Virus record (IMG/VR): IMGVR_UViG_2907158113_000012 | Coordinates: 3,283 to 67,282 of that record | From: a virus | Lineage: Duplodnaviria; Caudoviricetes | Direction: 5' to 3' (one strand) | Length of the DNA: 64,000 nt | Part shown: in pieces, positions 46,102 to 55,130 of the stretch | Layout: every line of letters begins with the position of its first letter | Position numbering within the stretch: the stretch's first letter is position 1 | Translations under genes and position numbers: made by a program | The notes under the pieces: model-generated | What the model was told of the DNA's origin: nothing | What the model saw: the letters and a program-made list of their open reading frames with translations, nothing else | Database searches by the model: none

Positions 46102-49100
46102 GTACGGGCGGTACAAACGTAGGTGAAATTCAGGCGCGGATTACGCTTGATATAGCGGAGTTTCGGCGTAACTTAGACGAAGCGAGGCGCCGGATACAGG
46201 AACTCGAAGATCAAAGCAGACGCGGTGCGGACGGCATGCGCGATATGTCATCGGCGCTTGCGGGGATAGGTGTAGGCGCGGCCCTTACGAAGCTCGTTTC
46301 GGAGATGAAACAAGCGGTTGACGCAGCTACGAAGTTGTATAACGCTTTTCAAGGTTTAAACGCTGTGGCAAAGGGCTTCGGAGTTCAGACGAAAGACGCG
46401 CAACAGGCCGCGCAGGATTTAGCCAAGCGTGGGTTCTTATCTCTGACCGAATCGGTATTAGCGTATAAAACCGCCATGTCAACCGGTTTAGGGTTGGAGC
46501 AGTCTACAAAGCTCATTAACTCCCTCGCGGATTCAGCAGCCTACAATAGACAATCCTTCTACACAATGGGCGGCGCTATCCAAGCGTCACTTGATGGTAT
46601 CAAGAACGGTAACTCGGTACTGTCTGATGCGGTCGGCGTTACGAAGAATCTATCCGTTATGCAAAAGGAATACGCACGAACGATCGGAACGACGGCGGGC
46701 AGATTGACCGATGCGCAAAAAATTCAAGCAGCATATAACGGGTTTATCAACGAAGGCGCGATCTTTACCGGAAATGCGGACCAAGCGATGCAAGATTTCA
46801 CCGGCACACAAGCGCGGTTCACTGCCGCAACGGACGAAGCAACGGTTGCGTTCGGACAAGCGTTCACACCGCTGTTTAAAACTGTACTCGAAACGTTGAC
46901 TCCGACAATCATTGCGCTCGCCGAGTTTACCACCGAAAATAAAGCGCTTGTCTCCGCTGCCGCTGCGAGTTCGGTCGGTGTATTAGGACTCGTTGCAATA
47001 CTCGCGACTGTACCGCCACTTCTCAAACTCATTGCGGCCGGTTTGAAGGAGATGCAGCTTGCGGCGGGACCTATCGGCTGGATTACGCTAGCCGTCGGCG
47101 CATTAGCGGGAGGTATCGCCTATCTAACAACAGCGCAATCAGAAGCCGCTAATTCAGCGAAGGAACTCGCGAAGGCACAGTCCGACCTCAATGCGGTATT
47201 AAATAAGCGGGATATTGATCGCACGGCTGCGGATGTCGAAGAGTTAAAGGTAAAAACGGAGGAGCTAACGCCTGTCCTCGAAGAACGCGCGCGGCTACAA
47301 GAGCGGTTAAACGAGCTTCAGGCGGCTCAAAAGGCAGGCACAGCACTTCCGGAAATGTATACGGAACTTCCCGATATTATCGATGCAATCAGTATACTCG
47401 ACGATAAGCTCGAAGACCTCGGTTACACTGGCGTAGAGAATGCGACGCAGAAGCTCGGAGAAATGAACGCGGTCATAGATAAAGGTGTTATCGCGATATC
47501 CGCTCAGGATAAAGCGGAGTATGCAGCCCTTGCTACGAAAAAGCAGACGCTAAAGGAAATGTCCGCAATGGCTGCGGAATTTAAAACGCTTAACGCAGCG
47601 CAGGATCTGGACGCATCGCAGAAAAGCCGCCTCGTTGATATTACGCAGAAGTTAGTCGAGCAGTATCCGGAATTGAACGCTCAACAAGGCGAGGACGGAA
47701 GAATTCGCGCTAGTAACATCGATGTAATTATCGACCAAATTGCGACGGACAAGCGTTTTACAGACATGGCCGCCGATAACAGCGTGGCGCGTATACGTAA
47801 TTCCGCTAAAGAAAGTGAAGCGGTAGCGAAATCAATACAGACGCAAATTGATAACTACACGCGGCTGATAAAGGCGATGGCAGCCGTATCCGGCACAAAG
47901 GCAGGAACTTTTGAGGAAGATATGGCGGCAAAGGCGGAGGCTGACAAGCGCAAAAAATCGGGCAACGTTATGGACATCGTGACTAATGGCGCGCTGGGGA
48001 TGATGGTGGGGTCCGGAGCATCTAAAGAACTTGAAAAGCAACGAGACGACGCACTTAAAGAGCAGCAGAAGTATTCCGACGCAGCTCGTGATCTCGAAAA
48101 GCTGGCCGCCGAGGTTGAAACGGGAACCCAAACGTTCACGAAGGATATCATCACGCCAGATGCCCCGAAAGCGGCGAAGGAGAAGAAGGAAAAGACGGGT
48201 AAAACTCCGGCTGAACTCGCTGCTGAGCTACGCGAGAAGTTATACAATGCTGACCTAAAGACCGTCCAGTTCCAAGCGGACTTTTACGATATGACGGCTG
48301 ATGCGCAGATTAAGAAATATGAAGAGTTGCGCAAGAAGCACGCTACTTTCCTCAAAGAGTCCGTAGATGATGCGCGCACACTAGCGCTACAGCTTAAACG
48401 ACTCGGAGAAGACAGCGCCCAATCACGCTATGACTTTTCGGCTACGTGGATTGATGCGGAGTCGAAACGGATGGAAGACAGCGGAAAGTCCGAACTCAAG
48501 ATCGCGGAAATGAAACTCGCAAGCTGGACGCGACTACGTAATCGTTACGCCAAGGACAGCGCAGAGTATATTGCCGCCGATGATCAAGTTCGCCAATCGC
48601 GCAAGAACGTAGCCACCGCAACCGAAGCGGAAGCGCGCGCTCAATATAACGCCTCGTCGAAATGGATCAGCGCAGAGGAACGCCGGATGTCTGACGCAGG
48701 CAAATCGGAAACAGATATCGCGCAAATGAAGATCGACGCGTGGACTCGCGTACGTGATCGATACGCTAAGGACTCGGAGTATTATGCGCAGGCTGACGAA
48801 CAACTCTACAACCTCCGGAAATCACTAACGAAGCTGACGCAGGATCTCGCAACCGACCTCGTTAAGACGCAGAAAGCCGCAATTAAGGACGCAAAGGATG
48901 CGGAGCTTAAAGCGATCGAGGAACGTAAGGACGCCGCGTTAGCTGATTATGACGCGCGGATTGACGCTATCCAGCGGTTACGTGACGCCAACAAAGAGCT
49001 TAATGTTGACGCTGATTACGCAACGCAATTAGCAGAGAAACAAACGCGCTTAGCGGAGTTATCGAGTGCAGTCGGTCCGGAAGGAATAGCGGAACGTGAC

Positions 49101-49880
49101 GCGCTGCTTAAAGAGATCGCGCGCATGCAACTCGAACACGACCGCGAATTAACCGACCGTACGCTCTCGGATCAACAAGACGCGCTTAAGGACGAAAAGG
49201 ATGCGCAGACGAAAGCGTACGAAGCGGAGAAGACCGCAGCCGAAGCGCAATACAGCGTATTAACGGCGGCATTTGATGCGTACTCAGGCGATATCAAATC
49301 GATAGAGGACGGAATCGCAGCGTACCGTGTTAGCGCAAGTGGTAGCGCGAATACTGCGATCCTTACGGAGCTTGACGGATTCCTGACGCAATATCGCGCG
49401 AAGATGGCGTCGATTACGCAGATTAATGCGGAGTCGAAGAAGGCGTCCGACCTCGCTGAATACAACGCGAATAAAACCGCATGGACCGCGGCGAAGGCGA
49501 GCGGCAATACGGCGGAGATGGCGCGGCTTAACGCACGTAACGAGGAGCTACGGAAATTGTACGGAGTATCTTCGGATACCGGCGCGTTGCAGGCGTTTAA
49601 GGACGGCGGCATCGTTAAGGGCGCACCCGGCGCGGCTGTTCCGGTTATTGCGCACGCGAACGAGATGTACTTAAATCCGCAGCAGCAAGCGACGCTATTC
49701 GATATGATCGCAAGCCCGCGTATGTCACCGCAAGCACCTGCGTCAGTAACGAATATTGTGCAGAATATTGACCTCGGCGTGGATGAGGTAACACTCGCGG
49801 ATAAAGCCGACATTGCTACGTTTTATGATGAACGGACTCGCGCGCTATCCCGTCTGCAATCGATGGGGGTGAAAGAGTAA
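46098..49880 (+). CDS. Tape measure protein
   Basis: 1260 aa, Ala-rich helical, hydrophobic middle, FKDGGIV..HANE near C-terminus. Confidence 0.9.
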   Translation: MSTGGTNVGEIQARITLDIAEFRRNLDEARRRIQELEDQSRRGADGMRDMSSALAGIGVGAALTKLVSEMKQAVDAATKLYNAFQGLNAVAKGFGVQTKDAQQAAQDLAKRGFLSLTESVLAYKTAMSTGLGLEQSTKLINSLADSAAYNRQSFYTMGGAIQASLDGIKNGNSVLSDAVGVTKNLSVMQKEYARTIGTTAGRLTDAQKIQAAYNGFINEGAIFTGNADQAMQDFTGTQARFTAATDEATVAFGQAFTPLFKTVLETLTPTIIALAEFTTENKALVSAAAASSVGVLGLVAILATVPPLLKLIAAGLKEMQLAAGPIGWITLAVGALAGGIAYLTTAQSEAANSAKELAKAQSDLNAVLNKRDIDRTAADVEELKVKTEELTPVLEERARLQERLNELQAAQKAGTALPEMYTELPDIIDAISILDDKLEDLGYTGVENATQKLGEMNAVIDKGVIAISAQDKAEYAALATKKQTLKEMSAMAAEFKTLNAAQDLDASQKSRLVDITQKLVEQYPELNAQQGEDGRIRASNIDVIIDQIATDKRFTDMAADNSVARIRNSAKESEAVAKSIQTQIDNYTRLIKAMAAVSGTKAGTFEEDMAAKAEADKRKKSGNVMDIVTNGALGMMVGSGASKELEKQRDDALKEQQKYSDAARDLEKLAAEVETGTQTFTKDIITPDAPKAAKEKKEKTGKTPAELAAELREKLYNADLKTVQFQADFYDMTADAQIKKYEELRKKHATFLKESVDDARTLALQLKRLGEDSAQSRYDFSATWIDAESKRMEDSGKSELKIAEMKLASWTRLRNRYAKDSAEYIAADDQVRQSRKNVATATEAEARAQYNASSKWISAEERRMSDAGKSETDIAQMKIDAWTRVRDRYAKDSEYYAQADEQLYNLRKSLTKLTQDLATDLVKTQKAAIKDAKDAELKAIEERKDAALADYDARIDAIQRLRDANKELNVDADYATQLAEKQTRLAELSSAVGPEGIAERDALLKEIARMQLEHDRELTDRTLSDQQDALKDEKDAQTKAYEAEKTAAEAQYSVLTAAFDAYSGDIKSIEDGIAAYRVSASGSANTAILTELDGFLTQYRAKMASITQINAESKKASDLAEYNANKTAWTAAKASGNTAEMARLNARNEELRKLYGVSSDTGALQAFKDGGIVKGAPGAAVPVIAHANEMYLNPQQQATLFDMIASPRMSPQAPASVTNIVQNIDLGVDEVTLADKADIATFYDERTRALSRLQSMGVKE

Positions 49881-50440
49881 TGACTACGTCTTTTTCGTAC
49901 GATGTAGCGGTAAATGGCGTTTGGTTGTCGGAGCATGGAGCTGCGCTATATGAACGTAACTTGCCGGTCTTGCCGGAAACCGAAGATAATACGGTCAAGC
50001 TCGCGAATACGGACGGCGTCGTTGATTTCGGCGCTTCCTACGGACCGCGTACGATTGGATTGACGTTCGAGATTACGTCATCGGCTGCGGAATTTCACCG
50101 GACTTTGGCGTATTTAGCGCGGACGTTTAACGCTAAGCGCGGAGAGATTACGCTTGAGTTTGCGGATATGCCCGGCAAGTATTACGTAGCGACTTACGCG
50201 GGAACGCTCGCGCTCGGTGCGACTGGATCGCGGTTGATTGACGTTAATCTGCGCATGAATGATCCGTGGCCGACCGGAAGCGAAGTGCTTACGGAGTATA
50301 CGATAGATGCGTCATGGCAAGCGGTGGCGATCGAATCGGAAGCAGATGTGAGGGCGCGGCCGGTTATTACGATGGCGAACACGGGAGTTACGACAGTTAA
50401 CGGATTTACGCTAATGAACGAATATACACTCGAAGATTAA
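49880..50440 (+). CDS. Distal tail protein, N-terminal part
   Basis: Follows TMP; DG..DFG.SY.PR.I, L.F.D.PGKYY.A, DPW. Confidence 0.7.
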   Translation: MTTSFSYDVAVNGVWLSEHGAALYERNLPVLPETEDNTVKLANTDGVVDFGASYGPRTIGLTFEITSSAAEFHRTLAYLARTFNAKRGEITLEFADMPGKYYVATYAGTLALGATGSRLIDVNLRMNDPWPTGSEVLTEYTIDASWQAVAIESEADVRARPVITMANTGVTTVNGFTLMNEYTLED

Positions 50441-50456
50441 ACGAAGGAAGCGCGGA

Positions 50457-50485
50457 GGGTTCGGCAAATATGCCGGGCCTTTTTT
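50457..50485 (+). terminator. Intrinsic terminator
   Basis: GGTTCGGCA..TGCCGGGCC plus T6. Confidence 0.65.
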
Positions 50486-50537
50486 GCGTTGTCAAAAAAG
50501 CGTGATCATGACGCTTAAAAATAGGAGGAAACGAATA

Positions 50538-50942
50538 ATGGCGATGCAAATTTCGAACTATCTGAGCGCGGCGCTACTTAACGCGTCTTTACGCAATACG
50601 GCGTTTACCGGACCGGCTACGGTCTATATCGCGCTATATACGTCCGATCCAACGGCGGCGGATACCGGCACGGAAGTAAGCGGAGGCTCATACGCACGGC
50701 AGGCGGTTACCTTCGGAGCGCCGACGCTCGTCAGCGGACAACAATCCGTAGCAAATACCGCAGAAGTAGTATTTCCCGTTGCTACTGCGGATTGGGGACT
50801 CGTAACGCATATCGGATTACGTACGGCGGCGACTGGCGGTTCTTTACTATGGACGAAACCACTCGATAATCCGCGTACATTACTCGTCGGTGACCGTCCG
50901 AGATTCGCGGTATCAAGTACGTCGGTTAAATTCACGCAATAA
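50538..50942 (+). CDS. Tail/baseplate protein
   Basis: VYIALYTSDP..EVSGGSYARQ..WG.VTH motif. Confidence 0.7.
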   Translation: MAMQISNYLSAALLNASLRNTAFTGPATVYIALYTSDPTAADTGTEVSGGSYARQAVTFGAPTLVSGQQSVANTAEVVFPVATADWGLVTHIGLRTAATGGSLLWTKPLDNPRTLLVGDRPRFAVSSTSVKFTQ

Positions 50943-50964
50943 TAGCGGAGAGGGGAACGAATAG

Positions 50965-52593
50965 ATGGCGCAAATGGAAATGTTTCCCGCGGTCGCGAAC
51001 AGTCCGGCTACGGAACTATCGGCAGCAATTACGGATATTCAGACGACAATTACGTTGCTCGATGCGTCGAAGCTACCGGACGCTCCGAATATTGCGACGA
51101 TTGGCGTAGATGAGAGCGCGGAAACAGTACGATACGCAGGGAAAAGCGGAAATGACTTAACGGGAGTAACGCGCGGTTTTAGCGGGACATTAGCGAAGGC
51201 GTGGGGAATCGGCGTAGGAGTGGCGCGGTACTTTACGGCGTACGATGCGGATGCGCTGCGTGGGAATGTGGCGGAGCATAGTGCGCAGTTGGCGGAAATT
51301 GAGAAGGTAACACCAACTGTTGTAAATCTTAAATTTTTCCCCAGATTAGTCGGAGAAATAGATGATACAAACCGATTCAGGCGTGCAATAGCTTATATGA
51401 AGGTAAATGCGAACAAAGCTCTATTTGTACCACCACAAACAGGGAATTATCAGATTTCTGGAGAAATCGTTATTGATATTTTAGCATTTAAAATGTCAGG
51501 TCAAAACACAAAAACAACACGTATTGAGTACACCACTCCTGAAGCTGTATTCAAAATTGTACCGCTTGAGGGGTATGGCTATCACGCATATGATATTATC
51601 ATTGAGAACATGCAGTTTTACGGTAATAATATTGCCAAAAAGGGTTTGTGGTTTGATGTATCTTCTCAAATAGACCTATCTCGTATTGAGTGTAATGTTT
51701 TCACTGAATGTGCTATTGACATGTACAAAGGAGGTATTAACAGTCTTTATCATGTTGTACTTTCTCATTCTCCCGTAGGAATTAGATTAACAGAAACAAA
51801 TAATATATCTATGTATTCAATGAACTTCTACAAAAACGTCAAAGACGTTCAATTCGTAGGATTAAATGACAATGTATCTGTTTATGGTTCATGGTCTGAG
51901 GAATCATACGAGTGTGTTTTCTACATGTCCAATGTTAATGAAAATGCCCGCATTAACAATTTGAATGTAGATGGGATAAACTTTTCAGGTGATCCGACAT
52001 TCAACTCACGTTTGATAAAATTCGAAAGTTCTGAGACGGGTAATATTCATCGAAGTGTTGTAAAAATTAAAGATTCTCACATATACGCTCCGGATGCAGA
52101 TTATCTTATCGAGGTAAATGTTAATGGAAACACTAGACCAGAATCTATCCATAATATTGTTTTTGAAGGGAATACTCTTCGAAAACCACTTTTAGCGATA
52201 ATGAAAGCACATTCAACCAACAACAAAGTTCGATTTATCTACAGAGATAATATTGAGAGTTCAAATGCAACTTTGTTGGACGGAGATGCTTTATTATCTG
52301 GATTAAATTCAGGTGGTTCCGCCTTATCCCCTTTCAATAAGGTTAGTGGTGAATTAATTTTAGGAACTTCAAGGATTGAATCTCTAATTGGTGGGGCTCT
52401 TACTTGGGATACAACCAAAAAACATATCAAAATGTATGATGAGTCTAAAAATGTTTACCTGTTAAAAGGCGAAAGCGGTACTACTCGCCCATCAGGGACG
52501 TTTGTGGGGCAAATATTCTTTGATGCGAATTTGAAGAAGCCAATTTGGTTTACGGGTACAAGTTGGGTGGACGCTACAGGAACTGTAGTATAA
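50965..52593 (+). CDS. Tail fibre/receptor-binding protein with putative beta-helix head
   Basis: Backbone-like N-terminus of about 110 aa, then AT-rich pectate-lyase-like region (DDTNRFRRAI) and KPIW..WVDATG end. Confidence 0.75.
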   Translation: MAQMEMFPAVANSPATELSAAITDIQTTITLLDASKLPDAPNIATIGVDESAETVRYAGKSGNDLTGVTRGFSGTLAKAWGIGVGVARYFTAYDADALRGNVAEHSAQLAEIEKVTPTVVNLKFFPRLVGEIDDTNRFRRAIAYMKVNANKALFVPPQTGNYQISGEIVIDILAFKMSGQNTKTTRIEYTTPEAVFKIVPLEGYGYHAYDIIIENMQFYGNNIAKKGLWFDVSSQIDLSRIECNVFTECAIDMYKGGINSLYHVVLSHSPVGIRLTETNNISMYSMNFYKNVKDVQFVGLNDNVSVYGSWSEESYECVFYMSNVNENARINNLNVDGINFSGDPTFNSRLIKFESSETGNIHRSVVKIKDSHIYAPDADYLIEVNVNGNTRPESIHNIVFEGNTLRKPLLAIMKAHSTNNKVRFIYRDNIESSNATLLDGDALLSGLNSGGSALSPFNKVSGELILGTSRIESLIGGALTWDTTKKHIKMYDESKNVYLLKGESGTTRPSGTFVGQIFFDANLKKPIWFTGTSWVDATGTVV

Positions 52594-52612
52594 AAAAAGA
52601 GGGAGTGATAAA

Positions 52613-52891
52613 ATGGCATTGCTATTAACACTAACGAGTGCAACGGGTTACGAAGTTCAAGATGCGTATATCAAAGTTGACGAGTATGGTTGTTACGGTA
52701 ATACAGTACACGCTCGTTTAAGAGCATGTGTATCAAAAGAGTTAGCAGACAATGGTGCTTCATCAATCGAGGGTAGCGAGGATATTATCACCCTAACAGT
52801 TGACTATAGTGATAATGCTGCTAACGCAAAAAAGCAAATTTATGAACACGTAAAGAAACTAGATAAATACGTCAATTCCGTGGATATCTAG
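52613..52891 (+). CDS. Small fibre-associated protein (chaperone-like)
   Basis: Follows RBP; AYIKV..KQIYEHVK; AT-rich. Confidence 0.6.
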   Translation: MALLLTLTSATGYEVQDAYIKVDEYGCYGNTVHARLRACVSKELADNGASSIEGSEDIITLTVDYSDNAANAKKQIYEHVKKLDKYVNSVDI

Positions 52892-52939
52892 TTTCTCAAC
52901 TGGACTAATTCGAACACCAAGATAGTGACAAATTAGTAG

Positions 52940-53005
52940 TTGGCGGATATAGCGATTAACGTAAAAAACTTCGGAGCAGTCGGAGGCAGCTTTGGTGGTC
53001 TGTAG
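52940..53005 (+). pseudogene. Relic start of a second pectate-lyase-like RBP head
   Basis: Translates LADIAINVKNFGAVGG after a copy of the AGTTGGCGGA junction. Confidence 0.55.
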
Positions 53006-53105
53006 AATTGTGATTGTATACTCTTCCATTAAATTCATAGACATATTATTATTATCCTTATAATATTAAGTAGTTAAAAAAATAAATACTAATGGGGATT
53101 AGGTT

Positions 53106-54290
53106 ATGTCTAAAAGAGGATTGGTAACATTTTTGCTTGTAATAACATTTTTATCCGGTAACTTTACTTTAGCTAGACTTCAATTATCTCATAATTTTGA
53201 GGTAAGGTATTTTTTATACGGAGTATTTTTTCTTGCGTTGATTATTATAAGTCCTCACCGGGGACTGCAGGATCGCATGAAAATAAACACTAGGTTAATA
53301 TCTTTTTTTATTTTAAGTTTTTTTTACTTTTTAATTTCAATATTTTCGTTTTTCTACAGTTCTAACAAAGATATTTCATTTGAAAAAGTAACTTCTATTT
53401 TATTTATTATAGCCTTAGTATTAGGAGTTATTTATGTAATGAGATTATTTGAAGCAACTGACTATTATAAATTTATATCTCATATATTTATTTGTTTCGG
53501 CCTTATATATGCTATACCAATATTTTCAAGTGTTTTTTCCGGATCTCTCAGGGGTTCTATTGATTTTGGTGGTCCAAATGTTGCAACAAGAATAATGTTT
53601 TTTGCTTCAATGTGCTCCATGTTTTTATACAAAGAGAAAAAGAAACTAAAGTACTTACTTTCTACAATTATTTTCTTAGCAGCAATCATTTTTTTAGGGT
53701 CCAGAGGTGGAGTTGTTGGTGCTTGTGGAACTTTAGTGTTATTGTGGATTATTAAAAATGTTTTACGTAAACCGAGGTTCAAAAAATTCACCATGTCTAT
53801 GCCAAGGTTGTTTTATTCTGTAATCGGTATTATTGTAGTTTTTTTTATATATGAACCAGTAAAACGAATATTTTTGTACAGGGTTATAAACACAACATTT
53901 CAAAGTAACGGAATTTACACAGCTGGTAGAGATATATTGTATGCTGAATCAATTAGGATGATAAAAGATAAGCCTATATTTGGTTATGGTATAAACGGAT
54001 TTAAGATAGAAACAGGGGAAGAATACCCACATAATTTGATTTTGGAATTAATGAACGATATTGGACTGTTCGGACTTTTGTTTTTTGTGTGTATAACATT
54101 AATATCATTACTTTTAGTTTTTAAATCTAAAAAGACAAATATTTATATTTTTAGTGGTATTCCGGTGTATATGCTGATCGTCGAGATGTTCTCAGGTGGT
54201 GTGTATGATTTCAGATACTTTTTCTTTTGGATCATACCATCGCTATACTATTCTTACGGTAATGAAAAGGGCGATCCTAGGATTATATAA
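53106..54290 (+). CDS. O-antigen ligase/polymerase-like (Wzy_C) membrane protein, moron
   Basis: About 10 hydrophobic segments, GSRGG, PIFGYG, YPHNLILE..GLFG; very AT-rich. Confidence 0.85.
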   Translation: MSKRGLVTFLLVITFLSGNFTLARLQLSHNFEVRYFLYGVFFLALIIISPHRGLQDRMKINTRLISFFILSFFYFLISIFSFFYSSNKDISFEKVTSILFIIALVLGVIYVMRLFEATDYYKFISHIFICFGLIYAIPIFSSVFSGSLRGSIDFGGPNVATRIMFFASMCSMFLYKEKKKLKYLLSTIIFLAAIIFLGSRGGVVGACGTLVLLWIIKNVLRKPRFKKFTMSMPRLFYSVIGIIVVFFIYEPVKRIFLYRVINTTFQSNGIYTAGRDILYAESIRMIKDKPIFGYGINGFKIETGEEYPHNLILELMNDIGLFGLLFFVCITLISLLLVFKSKKTNIYIFSGIPVYMLIVEMFSGGVYDFRYFFFWIIPSLYYSYGNEKGDPRII

Positions 54291-54309
54291 AATCAGAGGG
54301 CGGATAATT

Positions 54310-54483
54310 TTGACAAAGGACAATGGAAAATCTAATGTAGTTGAATTTAAAAGGAACATATCAGAAAGCGAGAAGTTAGGGCTCGCAAACAAAATTCAAG
54401 TAGTAACTGATCTTGCGAACGATGGTATCATTTCGCAAAAAGAAAGGTTGCGTATTGTAAAAATTTTAGTAGAGGGTTGTTAG
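54310..54483 (+). CDS. Small hypothetical protein (57 aa)
   Basis: TTG after AGAGGG; AT-rich. Confidence 0.4.
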   Translation: MTKDNGKSNVVEFKRNISESEKLGLANKIQVVTDLANDGIISQKERLRIVKILVEGC

Positions 54484-54524
54484 ACACTTGGATGATACTG
54501 CGCACTAACCCGCCATCAAACGCA

Positions 54525-54556
54525 AGCCCTCGCCGCCACAAGCGGGGGCTATTTTT
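54525..54556 (+). terminator. Intrinsic terminator
   Basis: AGCCCTCGC..GCGGGGGCT plus ATTTTT. Confidence 0.65.
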
Positions 54557-54595
54557 GCGTAGCAATTATTTACGTTAGAAAGGAGGCGCACGCCT

Positions 54596-55117
54596 ATGTC
54601 ATTTCTCGGCGCATTCAATCGCGCGCCCTTTAATCGCCCTTACGTAATCCAGACGTTCTTTAACGTTACGATCGCATCGGAAACGGACGTATCCGCACGC
54701 CTAAACGCTGACTTTGCGATCGGCATCGTATTTGACACTGCGACGGAATTTAACGGAGCCCCAACGCGCGACATCCCGTCTGCCGCAGTATTCGAATCAG
54801 CTACGGAGTTGCTCACGTCAATGATCCGCGAACGCCTACACACGGCGGGCATCCGGTCAGCTACACAATTCAGCGCAAAAGTTCGCTATATGCACGTTGA
54901 TAAGCTCGCGTTTACTGGCGGCTTTAATCCCGGCGATAAACTCGTCATCGACGTTAAGAAGCAGACGATTACGCTAAACGGAGTTAACGCGATCCATTTA
55001 CTCGACGGAGATTTCTTCGAACTCGGCCTCGGACTTAACGAAGTCACCTACGCGGACAACGAAGCTGCTCGCGAAATCTTAACGCGCATTACGCATCGCG
55101 ACCGTTATCTATATTAA
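54596..55117 (+). CDS. Tail protein carrying Dit C-terminal-like domain
   Basis: PGDKLVID...LNG.N..GDFFEL..G.NEV.Y. Confidence 0.65.
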   Translation: MSFLGAFNRAPFNRPYVIQTFFNVTIASETDVSARLNADFAIGIVFDTATEFNGAPTRDIPSAAVFESATELLTSMIRERLHTAGIRSATQFSAKVRYMHVDKLAFTGGFNPGDKLVIDVKKQTITLNGVNAIHLLDGDFFELGLGLNEVTYADNEAAREILTRITHRDRYLY

Positions 55118-55130
55118 AGGAGGCGCGCAT

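Noticed and set aside
48410-48820. Tandem duplication of about 70 aa in the tape measure (W..AE..RM...GKSE..W.R.R.RYAKDS)
   Set aside because: Real, but an ordinary feature of tape-measure length variation
49172-49813. Long antisense ORFs (also 8377..8889, 10528..11112, 30160..30759, 40862..41365, 61884..62438)
   Set aside because: They overlap well-supported + strand genes and lack recognisable motifs
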